Positions 23,621 to 38,000 of a stretch of DNA of 64,000 nt are shown in pieces. This DNA comes from Marsupella aquatica (lineage: Eukaryota; Plantae; Marchantiophyta). Positions within the stretch are counted from its first letter, which is position 1; each line of letters opens with the position of its first letter. A model generated the notes under the pieces. It saw nothing but the letters and a program-made list of their open reading frames with translations, had not been told where the DNA came from and made no database searches. A program made the position numbers and the translations under genes. The DNA lies in assembly GCA_973895155.1 (NCBI GenBank), contig OZ316892.1:5362376-5426375 (forward strand), read 5' to 3'.

Positions 23621-25093
23621 TACTAATACCCGCACGATCGATGTAGGAAGGAAGTTCGAGGTCAAACGAAGAAGATTGCCCATGTGTCCATGAGTGGATC
23701 GAGAGACAATTTCACGACGTTGAACCTGACCATCGGTCGAGATGAGAAGGACAGCTAGTCACGGGGCCCCATCAAAATCATGGAAGAATGGTTGGCCGGA
23801 GATCATACAACGAAGACAGCCGCAATGCGTGCTGAAAAGATAGCTATGAAGATCATACCATCTATATTAATAAAACTTTTATTCCATGGAAAATTGGTCA
23901 AACTTTCGAACAGACTATTGAGCGGGACTTTGAATGGGACTTTCAGGCTATGCCGCCCGATTTTTGTGCGTGTATAGTAGATAGTAAACCAAATCTGGAA
24001 AAAGCACACCAACTCCTCGTACGACAGCTACCAAGAAATACCTGACGATGTCTACAAAGAGGAACAAAATGACGAAAAGAAAGGGTCGATGAGTCGGTTG
24101 AACTCAATGCCGACTCGTCTGAGATCTGGATCGATCTTACACCACAGGTTCATAGAGATCATCACACCGAAATTTATCTGCTGAGGTGATAACATACATC
24201 ATTCTCGCAAAGAAAGCCTCGGACGCTCGGACAACACTGGCCTACTAGTCCGAGATCCACTTCATCATTCTAGAAACTGAAACATCTGGCTGATATCGAT
24301 CTACCACTCGAAGGAAAGGAACTGTAGTCGAAATGAAGTGTCACAGACGTGGGTGTGGAAACGCCTAATGGTATTAGATTTGGATCAACGTAGCTGTCTA
24401 AAAATTAGCTGACAGAAGATCATGATAACGAGCTTTTCGCACGTACCAACCAGACAAATGAGTAGTTTCGTTTCCACGTAGCCTGCTGTTTGTTGAGAGA
24501 TAGGGGGAGAAAGGTCAAGGGGGACGGGAGAGAGAAAAGGGATACGGAAGATGTACGTACCACCGAGAGCTAATACATCTGCAACAGCTAAGTAATGAAA
24601 TCCAAGCTAGGTATTTAATGGAAGCGAACGAAGAAAGAGTCTCGCTGGTCAAGCACCACTGAACGGTGGGGGATCTGGATCACGTCAGCTGGCTAAAATT
24701 TAGCTAACACAACACCATGGTACTCAACGCATTGTACGTGCCACCTAGACAATTACGGCTTTCTAGACGGCTAAAGATGTTTGAAGAGAGGGATGTTTGA
24801 AATGCCTGCATGATAGCGCAGTTGCTGGAAGGGATAGTAGTTGCTCAGGCTAGATGTACCCACGAAATTCGTTCCACAACGATCTGTGAAGTGGACAACG
24901 AATCTGCTGTAACGAATCTACCTATTTTATCTCACCGTCAGGAGTAGACTTAGTCGAACTTGCATACCCCATCGATCGTGTACAGTCACTATTTGGGGAG
25001 CAATCACGACCACCTACCCCATCTGATATCAACTGCTCGAGATGATAAAAAGCCCTTCCAGCTCGAGGCAATTCCGGTGAAATGCCGTCACAT

Positions 25094-26050
25094 TTATTGA
25101 CGACCTAGGTATTGTGACCTCCTGTGTCCAGCGAAAGACGATGCCGCAGCCACATGATCTTCGCTATGTGGTTTTCTCCTGAAAATTTCGATGATTGTTA
25201 CGATTTGTTCCGCAAAGCTCTCCAGCAAATTCAGTTTGAACTCCAGCGGAAGATTTTCCCTAGTCACCCTAAGATAAGTCAACAAACGGCGGACTATTTC
25301 TTTGTATAAGTCGAACTTGCGAGCCTGATCGGCAGACAATACCTGTACGAAACAAACGCAAGTGTGAGATCTAGTCAATTCGATCCTAAATCTCATCATA
25401 TTTACTTCTTTCACGACAATTCAAGCAGGAATTCAAGTCTAAGCACAGCAGATTTAGGTCAACAAATCTGTGGCCAACCCCGACTATGTTGTAAGATCTA
25501 CGGCCGCACGCTAGCTTTGTACGTGAGATCTAGTCAATTCGATCCTAAACTCTCATCATGGTTACTTGTTTGACGACAATTACAGCGATTTAGGCACGGA
25601 CATCACCAAATGAGTGGCAAAGTCCGACTATGTTGTAATCTGATCTGCCAGCAGACGATTTGGACACGTTACCTGTGTATCAAAGCCGGTCATCAGCTCA
25701 TACAACGCTTCCATGTCGGCGTGATACTTCCGCTTGAGGAGTTGCAGCTTCAAACAGGAAACCCAATGGAAGACACTTAGAAACGTGGCCCAGGTATAAC
25801 CAGAGGGTCCAACTCATGAATTCATGAATACAGCAACAAGTCCAAGTCAAGACGATGGATGTCGACAAACACGTTTGTTGAAGGTGATGCAGTTTCCTTG
25901 TGAACGAGGGAACACCAGTGAAGAGGGCACAACTTAGCCAAACCTACTGAAAGTGATGGCGATATTACTATACTCAAACTTGCATACCTTTGGCCAGACG
26001 ATATCTCGCTGATCATCTAGGGCTCCAGCATGATAGTAGTAAGCAGGCAT
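25094..26050 (-). CDS. Small spliced gene (about 128 aa) encoding a stand-alone MED15-like helical domain
   Basis: Exons 26050-25988, 25747-25673, 25342-25094, all phase 0 with GT-AG. Product: MPAYYYHAGALDDQRDIVWPK|LQLLKRKYHADMEALYELMTGFDTQ|VLSADQARKFDLYKEIVRRLLTYLRVTRENLPLEFKLNLLESFAEQIVTIIEIFRRKP... This parallels the plant MED15a middle domain (DWQEEVYQKIKSMKETYLPDL...LERMIQFLSVSKSNI...YEKQIIGFLN..RPRKP, recalled). The start codon is inferred. Confidence 0.7.
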
Positions 26051-28552
26051 CTCTTTCGTCAGAGGCTGTACGCCTGTATCACAGAAAAGAAAGTTACGTC
26101 TGAGAGGCACGTACTGGCAGGAGTAGTAGCAGTAGCAGTAGACTGGTACTAGTAGTACTAATTAGTAGACACGTTTTTGGCATCACGGTGGACGAGAAGA
26201 TTTGTGCGCAAATGCAAAGTAAAAGGGGCGGAGAGAGCTTACTCACAGAATCCGGACGGATACGAGCTTAGCTTAGACGGAGAGCATTCGCAGAACTACT
26301 GCTCTTTCGCCACTTCAAGAAGAGCAGAGCCGATTCACTCGACATTTTCAGGCTCTCTCGCTTGATCCAAACCATGTTTCAAGGTGCCAGTCATCTACCT
26401 CCACTCCCGGCCTCTATTGCTGCCGTGATCCTGTCAAAATTTACAGGATGTCGACGACGTCGAAAGCGGGCACTTCGGGTTTCATCCCGGATCGCTCGGC
26501 TTGAGCACGGTATGCACTCACTTACAGCAGTCAAATCTCTGTGGCTAGACGTACTACGAGTGCTGAATCTGCACTTCGAAATAGCCACTTGTCAACACTT
26601 TGAAGCATTCAGCTCCACCGGCGCACAATAAGAGGCACGACAATCTAATTGCTTTTGAGCAATCTAACTCTCTCGAAAGCGGAACTTCTAGGCAATGGAT
26701 CATCCAGGGTTAATTCACTCTCCACAACTCTCCTCAAGGTGCCTGATCTTGCAACTTGGTCAGCATACTCTTCGGTTCAAGCCCCCAAGACTTTGGGCCT
26801 GCTTAGCTTGGCCGGGATGCCCGATCCTGCATCCTGTTGTTTCTTTGGTGTTTGGCCTCTAGCTACCGTGGTTTCCCCATATGTATCGCTCTGGGCCTTT
26901 CTTCCCTGACTCTCGCCCTTTGCCGCTGAAGCAAAAGTTTTGGCCTTTTATTGCCTCCTCAGCTCAACCTCCCCCTCCACCCACCCCTTCCCGAAAGAAA
27001 AGAAAAAAATCACACATCAGGAGAGTCCGTAAAGCAGGTCAGCCGTAAGAAAGAGAAAAAGCAATCTAGATCCGGGCCTTGGGCCCCAGATCTGACTATA
27101 TTCGGGCATCAGTTCAAGCTGAGGATCTCTCTCCCAGGCCGAGATAACTGAGGTAAATCTGTTCAGTTCTCACAGCTCCGTGGCGTCGTCGGCACATTTT
27201 AAAATAATGGACATCACCGTGACCTTGTCGGCCCCACTATCATTCTGTCGATCCTATCAGTTAAAGTCGATTACAATTTACTGAAAGTGGCAGAATGCTG
27301 CTCCTCTACGTGGGACATGCCAATTGAGCCCGATACTCTCGATCTGGAGTTATTACGCGCAACGTGTAGCTCCACTCCAGAACCCAAAGCTTGCACGTAG
27401 GCTAGCGTCCAGCCGTAAGAGGTTGGAGATCATAATCGTCACCTTTCTATAGTGACAATTCTCGCCCTGAACAGCATAAACACTGCAGTATGTCAGGATC
27501 TAGCCTGAACTAGAGTTGATCAGAAAGTGACTTTATGTGTAGTCCTTCTCGAACCAACAATGACCTTCAGCTGTGACGTTTTAACCCTAGTAACGTGATG
27601 TGCATTCATCCGAGCTGACGCTCATCGCCACGCCATGTGATTGACTGGATTGGCTAGCAATCGCTCTACAGGTGATGAGAGCACTATAGCATCTAAAATA
27701 GCTTGTAACCAAGCCTGAGGTACTTAGCTACATCACACCATATCCTCCATTGTTCAAGAAACCTTTAGCAAGTTTAGCAGTCATGTAGTCAAACGATGAG
27801 ACTGTAATTTCAACATGATGTCAGAAGGTTACAAAAAAGCTTTCTGCGTATTTGTTTCTCTTTCTTCATTTGGTTCTTCTAGAGAGTACATGTTAGTACT
27901 ACACTGGAAAATCGCTAGCATGCACATTCCACGTTCCGAGGATAGAATGACAAGGACACGAGTTCAGGTTCTCTGGCATCGATGGTCACGCCATCTACAT
28001 ATTAGCAGATTGCAATTGGATGTTACTGCCTTCCTTTTCAGCATAGGGTCCAGTGGCGTGCACGACAGATGAGAATGTGATCTTACGGTGATTACAGAAA
28101 AGGTGGTTAATAGTATGAATGCTTCTGATTGCACTGCATTCTGGCCTTGCATTCTGGACATCTACTGTGGCCCAGCCAGCCCTGATATAGCATCATAGAA
28201 ATTAGACATCAGTCCAATTCCTTCGCTGGATTAGGATATATCTACCGTTTTATCCCACAGGATTACAAATTCTTGAGAATGAGCTTACAGGATACAGCTA
28301 TTTGCTTTCACTTAGCTTGTGTAAGTCTATATAACTTTTCTGCTCGATGAACTAGTTCCCTAGCCTGTACATAGATTGTGACTCAGATTTACTGGAGATT
28401 TCAGTTCAGTTGTCACTCAGACGTCAGCGACGTGATGTAATGAACGGTCCTTTTTTTTCTTGAAACAAAAATGCTGACATGATCAACACACTCCCATTGG
28501 GCTTTTTGACTCGCTGATATCCTCGTTTTTCGCTTGTTTAGTCCCCTTCATT

Positions 28553-28775
28553 GGGTCTCCTTGGGTCTCCTGCCTTTGATCTAGTCTCTCCCCTTCATTG
28601 GGTCTCCTGCCTTTGAGATCTAGTCTCCCTGATTGGACATTTTTGTTCTTTGGCTGGAAGTGAATTAATATGTTTAACACTAGCTAGACAACTGCCTTGG
28701 TGATCTAGTCTCCGTGATTGGCCTTTTTTGTTCTTTGGCTGGAAGTGTATTATGTGTAACACTAGCTAGACAATT
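28553..28775. repeat. Nested short tandem duplications (about 47 bp and about 86 bp)
   Basis: ttgggtctcctgcctttga occurs twice. gatctagtctcc.tgattgg.c.tttttgttctttggctggaagtg...aacactagctagacaa occurs twice. Confidence 0.85.
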
Positions 28776-30623
28776 GAGAGAAAATAGGACCTCTCAAAGC
28801 CTATGATGATTTTTGGCCATAAACAAACGGACATAACTTTTTCATAGGGTTATTTAAAAATAACAATTCTTTTTATTGTCATGGCATATGACCAATCTTT
28901 ATGACAGAAAATTATGGATCATGAATTTGATAGTCCATAACTTTATCTGGCCCAAATCTTGAGTTAAGGTTCATCAAATTTTGAAGTTTGAGAGCCCCCT
29001 AACATGATGAATAATTATTGACTGTGTATTATCTAGTCTTCATCCTGAAATACTTGCAAAGCCTTGGTGTAAAATTAAAGAGTAACAGTGAGTCCTCATC
29101 TATATCACCAAGCAATCACCAAATTCTAGAAAACTAATTTTGGGTTCCTATTGAGAGTATAGAGCTTATACTCTTGCAGGATGTCAAACTTGTGTCCAAT
29201 GCTTTACTAAAACAGGGTTTTAGTTCAAGTTTTGAGAGACTATTGCCAATTATATTACTCTGGGAAGAGCATCTTACTACACTTAAAGGTCTAAGAGATT
29301 TTTATTTTCATTGATTTTAGTAAAAGTAGAGGAGAAATTTCATAATGAGCCCATGTAAATCTTGACTTTGCATTCTACTTTAGTAATAGACTGAAAATCG
29401 TAAAGAGATAAATCACGAAAGGCATAAGAAGATGTAATACAGTTTTCCATTCTTGAAAAAGTGAATTTTTCTAAGAAAAGGAGGGACAAATAAACGACCT
29501 GGTAATTGCACATCAAGATGTGGTAATATATAGTGTACACGCACTAATTTAGGAGTGCTATATCATACACCATTCATTGTCATATTTTGATGCGCATTCG
29601 CAGGGATGCGGACAATGGTAGATCCAAAGCCAAAAAGGTAATAACACAGTCCTTGGCTAGAGCTACAGTCCCTTTTGGATTCATTCATTCAATTTTCGAG
29701 GCTTGTATTGTAAAATTCTGCTACCATTTGGGAGTCAGAATGTTTCGAGATATTACCCTATTCCTTCCCCACAAGACTTCACAGAAAACTGTTAAAATAC
29801 CCTACAATGGTTTCATGAATTACAAAAGTACGTTGCCTCATGCACTTGATCACAGGTGTTGCCATTGTTTCCAAAAGTACTTTTTCAATATGGACTTGAC
29901 AACAGGTGGTGCCATGAAATTGACCACTACAAGTCCTCACAGGCAGCACCTTCGATGCATGGAAATAGTCTCACCCCCCAATTGTCGTGCCCCTCACCTA
30001 GTGTGGGACCCTGCCCCCAATGTCATGGTCTAAAAGATTTCAAGCTAGATATCAAATTTGAACGGTTTCAATGGAACACTGATTTTCTTCATAGAAAAAT
30101 GACATTCTAGATATACTTAAAGTTTAAGTTGCCCCTCACAGGGAAGTTTTTGTGATTTCAGCCATCTTCATAGCTTCTTTGAAACTAGAGAGAGGAATTT
30201 ATAATTTCCCTAGAGTAAAAATCAAATAACTAGGCAACTCAGACAAAAAAAAACCAAGGGGAATTGGCGACCCCAGGTTTGCAAGTTGGAGATATTGGCA
30301 ATTGGGTAATTTCCCTTGGTCACATAATCTGCCAGATGTCGGGGCATGATGAAGAGTAAACGATGAGGGGGAAAACTGGTGTGGTTACTGAGATCCTACA
30401 AACAAGGTCGAAGGAACAATTCACTACAAAGGGCCAAACCAAACAAAGTAAGTACTGTAGTAACTATAGGCAAAAGATATCAGAGTGCCAAAGGACATAA
30501 ACACCTAACCAGGAGAGAGGGTCCCAAAGGCAAAGCAACCCAGGAAAAGGAGGGAGAGGAGTCTGAGGAAGAATGCCCTGAGAAGACCAAAGAGACGGTC
30601 CATTTGTCACCCCTCGGGTCCAC

Positions 30624-30831
30624 CCTCGGTCTATTTGCGATAATTTTAGTTCCTCTTTCTTGGTTTTTAGGGGTTTCTTTTTGCTCACTTATTTTAGTTC
30701 CTCTTTTTTGGTTTTTAGTGTTTTCTTTTTGTTTACTTCTTTTGAATTTGATTTTGTCCACTTGCTACCTATCTTGTTTATTCTTTTGTACTCTGTTTGG
30801 CCCTTTTTTGTAAAAAGTATGTATATATTCT
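30624..30831 (+). mobile_element. Older, diverged 3'-UTR fragment of the same CRE-like family
   Basis: Collinear with the reverse complement of about 35031-35236, including both 48-bp UTR repeats and the terminus aaagtatgt.tatattct, with numerous substitutions. Confidence 0.85.
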
Positions 30832-32854
30832 TTCATTCAAGAGGCCCCCAAAGGGAAAAAACATATTGTGCCAACCCTGAAAAATTATCTCCAAGAAAAA
30901 GACCCATATATGCTAAATAAACAAGGCAGAGGACAAACACTTAACTTAAAAGAAAAGGACAAATACAAGCCCCCCCAAACTTAGTGCCCAAAAACTTAGA
31001 AAGGCGAAAATTTAAATCGCCAATAAGAAACCCAATGCTACCGTACCTCTGCGTGCTAGCGGAGGTGGGTGGCGGCCTGGCGGGGCCTCCACCCCCGTTG
31101 ACGTCTCGTCGGTGCCATGGAACCCTCCTGTCCCATGCCGGGAGGCAGAAAAACATACAACTCTCCCGTACCCAAATTTCTACTACTTGAACCAATACTG
31201 TACTACTACAGTTGGGTGACGAGAGAAATGACCGACTTTCCCGGGAGAGCGCCAAAAGCCGACTTTCGCCACTTTGTCTGGGCCAATGGCGTTGCCTGCG
31301 TGCGCCGTCTTTAACGCTTTACACGAATTCGCGCGCCTCTCTTCCGATTGGCTTTCTCGAACTTCTTTCGCCACGTGTGCTTCTTTACCGCTTTTTTCAT
31401 TTTCTTTATCCGCTGCGGCGTTGGAAGGCGAGTTACTGTTATGACTGTACCCGACACCGGTCGGTGGTCGTTACAAACGGTGGTCGTGCACTGGTTATTC
31501 CCAGTCGGTCCAGTCACGTGGCATGCCTCTTGGCTGGATCTGCGCCGTCCGCGTGCGCTAATGGGGTGTCGACGGGTCAGATTGGATTGACTCGAGGAGG
31601 TTTATCAGGAGGACAAAACGATTAACGATCAGATCTTTTTTGTCGGTGAATGGTTCGTCCAATATGACCAGGCCGCCTCATGTAGAGAAACCTCTCTAAG
31701 TGCACACTCTCTAGACCAAGCCTCCTGCGTGCATGCTTCAGTAGGGATTGCACAACTTCATAAGTGCAATAAAATGAAATTTGCATTTATCAATAAGAGC
31801 TGCAATGGCCCTCTGCCACCTATGGATTCTAGTAACTTAGGCCATGAATTATACATCCGTGCCCTAAACCCTTGTAAGTTTTAAGTTTACAATTGAATTT
31901 CACTTATCAATAAAGGTAAGTTAAAGGAAAATATGCTTACCCATGTGCATCTGGGTATGTCAAAAGCTGACTTGGAGAGAAGAGAGGTCAAAGCATAGGG
32001 TAACCCATGGTCCCAAGGGGGTAATGGGATGCAATCCCCGAGGTTCGTGAGCCCGACAGGGTTACACGTGGCCCCCAAACGGTCATGGAGTAACAAGCAT
32101 AAGTGCCATGGGTAATTTTATTCTGTTTACAACCTGAAATTGTGCCTGAAATTGGATAACCATCTAGGCAGGCTGATGAGTTTGTGGCCCCAATATCTTG
32201 CCCCCCGGGGCAGGCTGGCAGGGGGTACTAGGACATATCAAAGCTTCAAAGTTGCAGACAATGTTTTTTAACCATAGCTTTTTCACAAGGATTACGTAAA
32301 AGTTTATTTTTACTAGGCTTTACAGACTAATGGTCATGGTATATGACCAATATGCACGGCAAAACATTGTATATTGTGAACTTGGTAGACAGTTCATAAT
32401 GTTTTTCTATTGTAACCTTAAGTACTGAGCTAAGTTCCATTCAACTCAAAGCTTTGAGACTCCTTGCACTGTGCATAACACCAATAGTTAATCATGTCAA
32501 AATAGCGCCATAAATGACATACCGCCAAGGTCATAAGACTGATTTATGATTGGAACCCAAGGAGTTACAAGTTACCTAAATACAAACCCCATAATAATCT
32601 TATGTCTAAGTAAATAATTCAACTCCATAACACTTTGCTTAGTGAAGAACTTTGACACTCCCCAATAGGAAACTTCCCAGGCTTTGGCAGACCAGGGGTG
32701 ACAAGAAATCCCCATAGCAGGGACAAGAAGACAATTGGGTCTTGGTAACTACACATCAGCATATAACATATTCAGTGCACAATATCACTCCATACCATGA
32801 TAAACCTTGTTATTTTATTTGAATCAATGAGTGCACACTTTATATTAACGCATT

Positions 32855-33255
32855 TTGATGTGTGATTACCCGCAAGGGAAGATAATTGATACATTGGGTA
32901 CTCTTTCCCAATATTATCACATTTTCATTTGTGATTACCTACAAGGGAAGATAATCAGAACATTGGGTACTTACCATATTTTGATGTGTGATTACCAGCA
33001 AAGGAAGATAATCTGGGCATTGGGTACTCATTTCTAATATTACCACATTTTGATCTAATGTGTGATTACCTACAAGGGAAGACAATTGGGGCATCGGTTA
33101 CTCATTCCCAGGCAAGGGAAGATAATCGGGGCATAGGGTACTCATTCCCAGGCAAGGGAAAATAATCGGGGCATATGGTACTCATTTTCAATATTCTCAC
33201 ATTTTGATATGTTACCTGCAAGGCAAGACAATTGGGGTATCGGGTACCCATTCCC
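32855..33255. repeat. Tandem minisatellite (about 40-75 bp variants, about 8 units), probably subterminal repeats of a DNA transposon
   Basis: The core caagggaagataat....gcattgggtactc is repeated, with tgtgattacc in the longer units. Confidence 0.85.
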
Positions 33256-34249
33256 AAACTTCCACATAGCAGAGAGGACAAGACAATAGAGGACACGACA
33301 ATAGAGGACAAGACAATCGCCATCGGAGGGAGGCGCGGAAGACAATCGGTGAATCGGGGCATCGGGCACTCTGGTACGCTACAGTAGTAGAGAGCGACAA
33401 AATAAAAAGTGCCGAACTGTGCGAGACCGAAAAGTTAAATGAAAAGACCCAGGATCGTGTCATTGTCCAGAAAATCTTGCAGTACGGGCGTGTCGCTGTG
33501 GCCCCCGCCCATTCGGTAGAAGAGCTGGCTCAGAGCTGGACATTGATTTTGTGACCAGAGGGCGGGAGGGGGGCGGCGCCGTACTCCTGTACGTCCCGTC
33601 CTTTTCCACCCAAAGCCCGCGAGATTTCCGCAGTTTGCACCTGAACGGAATGCTATTCGCCGGGATGAGATGGCGGACGAGATGCCGTTCCTCAAACGTT
33701 TTACCGGTACCGTGTCTTCTTCTCGGCGTGCCGGCATCTTTCGTGCGACCAGTATTGTTTTTCATTCTAGGAAATTCGATTTTACTACTATATTATGGGG
33801 TCTAAAAAATATGGGAGCGTTTTAGAGTATTCATTCTAGTAAATTCGATTTTACTATTATATTAGGGGGGTCTCAAATATGAGAGCGTCCTACCCTAGAT
33901 GTTCCCTAGAGGTTACCATTGCCCATGACCAGGGTTGCGGGTGAGTTTAATAGCAGTAAGGAATTTTTGGATCTCAATTTTATTAGGCCTGTTGAGATGG
34001 TGTCCGGTTGGCACAAGAATGCCCTCAGCATATAGAGAAGAGTGAGTTAATGATCTCCTAGCTCACGAGTTCAAACTTGGCCTGTGGTATCCAATAGGCC
34101 GAGTCTCTTCCCGGGAATTGAGAAAATCTTCACGAGGAGTAAGTGGGATGGCCTGAGGGTGTCCCACACATTTATGGTTCATGTCCACCCAAACCTAACT
34201 TGGGCACCCACTAAACTCCCCCGGGCCAATATTTGAGACCTATTAAAGG

Positions 34250-34755
34250 CATTGAAAAGAACCTCTCATGAGCGTACTTATCGTTTGCCAGGAGCAAGTT
34301 GTAACTGGGTTACATGACCTTATTGCTTTTTCTTCCTTGGAATGCTGTTTCACTACTATTAAGGGCATGGAAAAGAACCTTTCACGAGTCTACTTGTTGT
34401 TTGTCAAAGACTGAATGATAAGTGAGTTGCATGCACTTCTTGTTTTTGTTTGGAAATGCAGTTTTATTACTATTCAAGGGCATGACAATGATCCGTTCAA
34501 GAGCGAGTTATAAGAGGGTTACATGCACTTCTTGTTAGTTTTTTTTCCAAGTATTAAAAGTAAACTTCCACCAAAATTTATAAAAAGCATGAAAAAAAAC
34601 TGTTCCATAAGTGTACTAGTTGTTTCTCAAGAGCGAGTTGTAATTGGGTTACATGCCCTTCTTGTTTTCTTGGAAATGTGGTTTACTACTTATAAAGTAG
34701 GATAAAGAACGGTTCAAGAGTCTACTTGTGGTATGTCAGGAGCAAGTTATTAATG
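34250..34755. repeat. Degenerate tandem repeat of about 115-120 bp (about 4 units)
   Basis: Recurring gagc(a/g)agtt.taa..gggttacatg..cttcttgttt...ttggaaatg..gttt.actact. Confidence 0.7.
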
Positions 34756-35030
34756 GCTTCAGGATACAGTGGATTAATGTTTTTTAAACAAATCCATGTC
34801 CCAATGTTTTTGTATTTTTAAAACAAAGGTGACAGTGTGCCCAATGTATTCCAAATGGTAGCCTTGGTGAAGACCAGTGAGGCCGAGAAACACAGACACA
34901 CGTCAACCAACACCACAATGCCAAACACCCCACAGAGGCCCAATATCACTCAAAAACAGCCTATGACCAAGAGTGCATCAAGGTCAACCACAAAACACAA
35001 ACATGAGATGAAACCAAAATCCAATCCAAA

Positions 35031-38000
35031 AGAATATACACATACTTTATATAGAAAAAGGCCAAATAGAGTACAAAAGAATAAACAAGAGAGGTCCCAA
35101 GTGGACAAAACCAAACGCAAAAGAAGTGAGCAAAAGGAAACCCTAAAAACCAAGAAAGAGGAACTAAAAGAAGTGAGCAAAAGGAAACCCCTAAAAACCA
35201 AGAAAGAGTAACTAAAACTACCGCAATGGACCGAGGTCCTCATCATACCTAGCAAATGTGGCTACAAGCTAGTGGTCTACATCAAGCGTCGAAACTAGAT
35301 CGGCAAGTGGGACAGGAATGTCCTCTAGGGGGGCTAGCCGCTGCGGAGTCACACTAGCACCCACTGTCAGAGATCGACGATAGACGGCCCGAGCTTGAGC
35401 ACGCTGTAAGGTGACTGAAATGCGTTGGCGAAAGTGCGTGGTCAAAACAGATAGCGGGGGCCCGGTGGGACCCATCCGGCCGTGAACATCCCGAGCAGCT
35501 TGGCGAAGAAGCCCGTCGAACTGATGATGAAGACGCCCAAATATCTCAAGAGCAAGGGGCAGGAAGCTATCAGATGAAGCTCGTGCAGCATATTTGGCCT
35601 CCTTCGTTTGTGCTGCTCGTGATGCTGCTGTCCCTGCCGTTGTTGCCGCTGTCCCAATGATGTCTTGGCGCAATGGGTTTGCCACCACTACATCTGCCAA
35701 AGTACGGTGACCGTCACGGACCATGGTAAGATCCACCCGTAACCGCTGTGATGGAGGACCAGGTAACTCGAGCACCACCTCCCGCCGCGCGCAGACCAAA
35801 GAGCCAGAGAGAACCTGAGCAGTCGCATCTCTCACAGCGTCGTGAACAAAAATGGTTTCGCCACCCAAACTGCATCGAAGAAGATGGACACCTGTGGCAT
35901 CACAAGGCTTCCCACAAGTGCAAGTAGGAGGTAAACCAGCAAGAAGTGGGTGGGGCAAGCCCATACGAAGACGCATGGCTGTCGCAAACTCCGCTGAAGA
36001 CATCCGCAGGTGAGGAATGACTGGATTGGCCTGAAGCCAGCCTCCTGCGCCCTTCCCTCCGGAAGAAAGAATCCGAGCTCGGTCCGTGTCAGGTGCCTCG
36101 GTGAGGATGCTGGAGAGGGTGAAAGCGTGCATACGCCCAGCAAGGTCTGCCTGAAGACGGACGGGATCCAAGGATAAAAACTCCTGGAATGAAGGTAACG
36201 CAGCTCGAACAGGATCGGGTAAGGATGACCGAGCCGTGCGCAAATGAACCTGAAATGGGAGGGAACCCTCCTCGACCTCCATGAGAGATGAAAGTAAAAA
36301 AGGTCGATCCTCAGTAAGGAAACGATCTGCCAACAATGAGAAGGCGGCCGCCCACGCGCCCAAGAAGGCCAAAGGTGCAAGGCGCTCAGTGGAAGTAAGC
36401 CCAAAACCACCGTGAGAAATAGGAAGACTGAGCTGTCGATGAAGCCACGGAGATGAGAGTAAAGTACCTGGCCCTAAAAGAGAGGCCAAAGTCTCACGAA
36501 TGGAGACATCAAACGCTCGGAGGTGTAGAGAAAGATCCTCGGTAGGGGGATGTGTCCGAGCCAAATAGGACGCACGAGGGTGGATGCATCTCAATAACAA
36601 CCCAAATGCTGCCTGAGAGTCTGCTAACTTAGGGAGCATAGGAGTAGGGCCTAAGGCAGCCTGGAGAGCGTCAGCAATGAAAGATGAGCAAAAGGAGGCG
36701 GTACCGACTGGGGAGCCAAGGACCCGAAGACCGTCGGCAGGACGTAAGAACCCAGGGGGAAGCGCAAGATCAGAGGGTAACCCAGCTGGACTCCATGCAC
36801 GACTCTTCACCGGCTGTACTCGTAAACCGAGGCCCAACAAATGGGTGGAAAGGGTGGCGAGGGCAGAAGTAACAGCAAAAGGTGGACCAATGATGTGGGT
36901 GTCATCTGAAAGGGAGGGGAAGATACACTGGGGGTGGGCCGTGGAGGCTTCTCGTAAAGCAGTAAAATGGGCAATGGCAAAAAGAGGCCCACCCAAAGGG
37001 TCACCCTGACGTGTACCTTCTGCAGAAGAAAGAGTGGTATACACTCCTGTAGAGGTGTGATGACTATAGAAGAGGGGGGCCTCACACCCATAAAAACAAC
37101 GGACAAAGGGGATAAGGGACTGGATGTCTGGATCCGCTGCCCTCAAAGCACGAAAAATTGCTGCCCGAGAAACCGTATTGAAAGCATTGGAGACATCAAC
37201 CTGGAGGACAACCCAATCAGGGTGGAGGTCCAAGGTAGTACGAATACCCGCAATAACTGTCTCACAACCGCCAGGAACGCCCACTGCAAACTGATGTGGA
37301 GAGAGATGATCCGATAGTGCAGAGCGATACTGCGATGAAAGTGCGCGAGACACCAGACGAAGAAAGACCTCTCCAATAGCTATGGGCCGAACACCCGGTG
37401 AAGACTTAGCCATGGCCAATAAACGAGAAGCACTCAAAAGCCGAGAGACGGGAGGAGGCAAACGGCCGGCAGCAATACACTGGCAAAAGGAGAAGAAAAC
37501 TGGAAAACCAGACTGAGGATCCTCAGGGGGGAATAAATCACGAAAATGCTCAAAGACATAGCCAGAGGGGCCACCAGCTGCGCAACGCGGAGCATGGAGG
37601 AAAGCATAGGTGAAGTGGTCCCTACTAAACTGAAGATCCTCCTCAGGCTCAAAATCCTCCACGAACAAAGGGAGCTGATCATAGGGCTGCGGATGGAGAT
37701 CCTGAAGGGCCGTCAAGGTGACCTCGCCAGGGGGGGCTGGTGTGGTGGGAGAAAGGGCCTGGACCGCACGACGATATTCACCAGCCTGGGCCAAACGACA
37801 AGAGCGACGAAGGCGTCTGTGCTCTGGAGGATGAGAGTGGCGAGCTGGGTCAGACAAAGCACGGGTAGTAAAGGAACGGGCTCGAAGAAAGTACTCTTCC
37901 TGAAGCTGTTCCCAATCTCCCCGCAGAAAATGATGGATACGAGAGGCAGTCTCACGATGACCCACGCGACCACCGTGACTAGGGAGGGTAAGAGTCCACT

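Noticed and set aside
29587-30033. 148-aa ORF as a gene
   Set aside because: No recognisable domain or splice structure; it lies in degenerate TE-like sequence.
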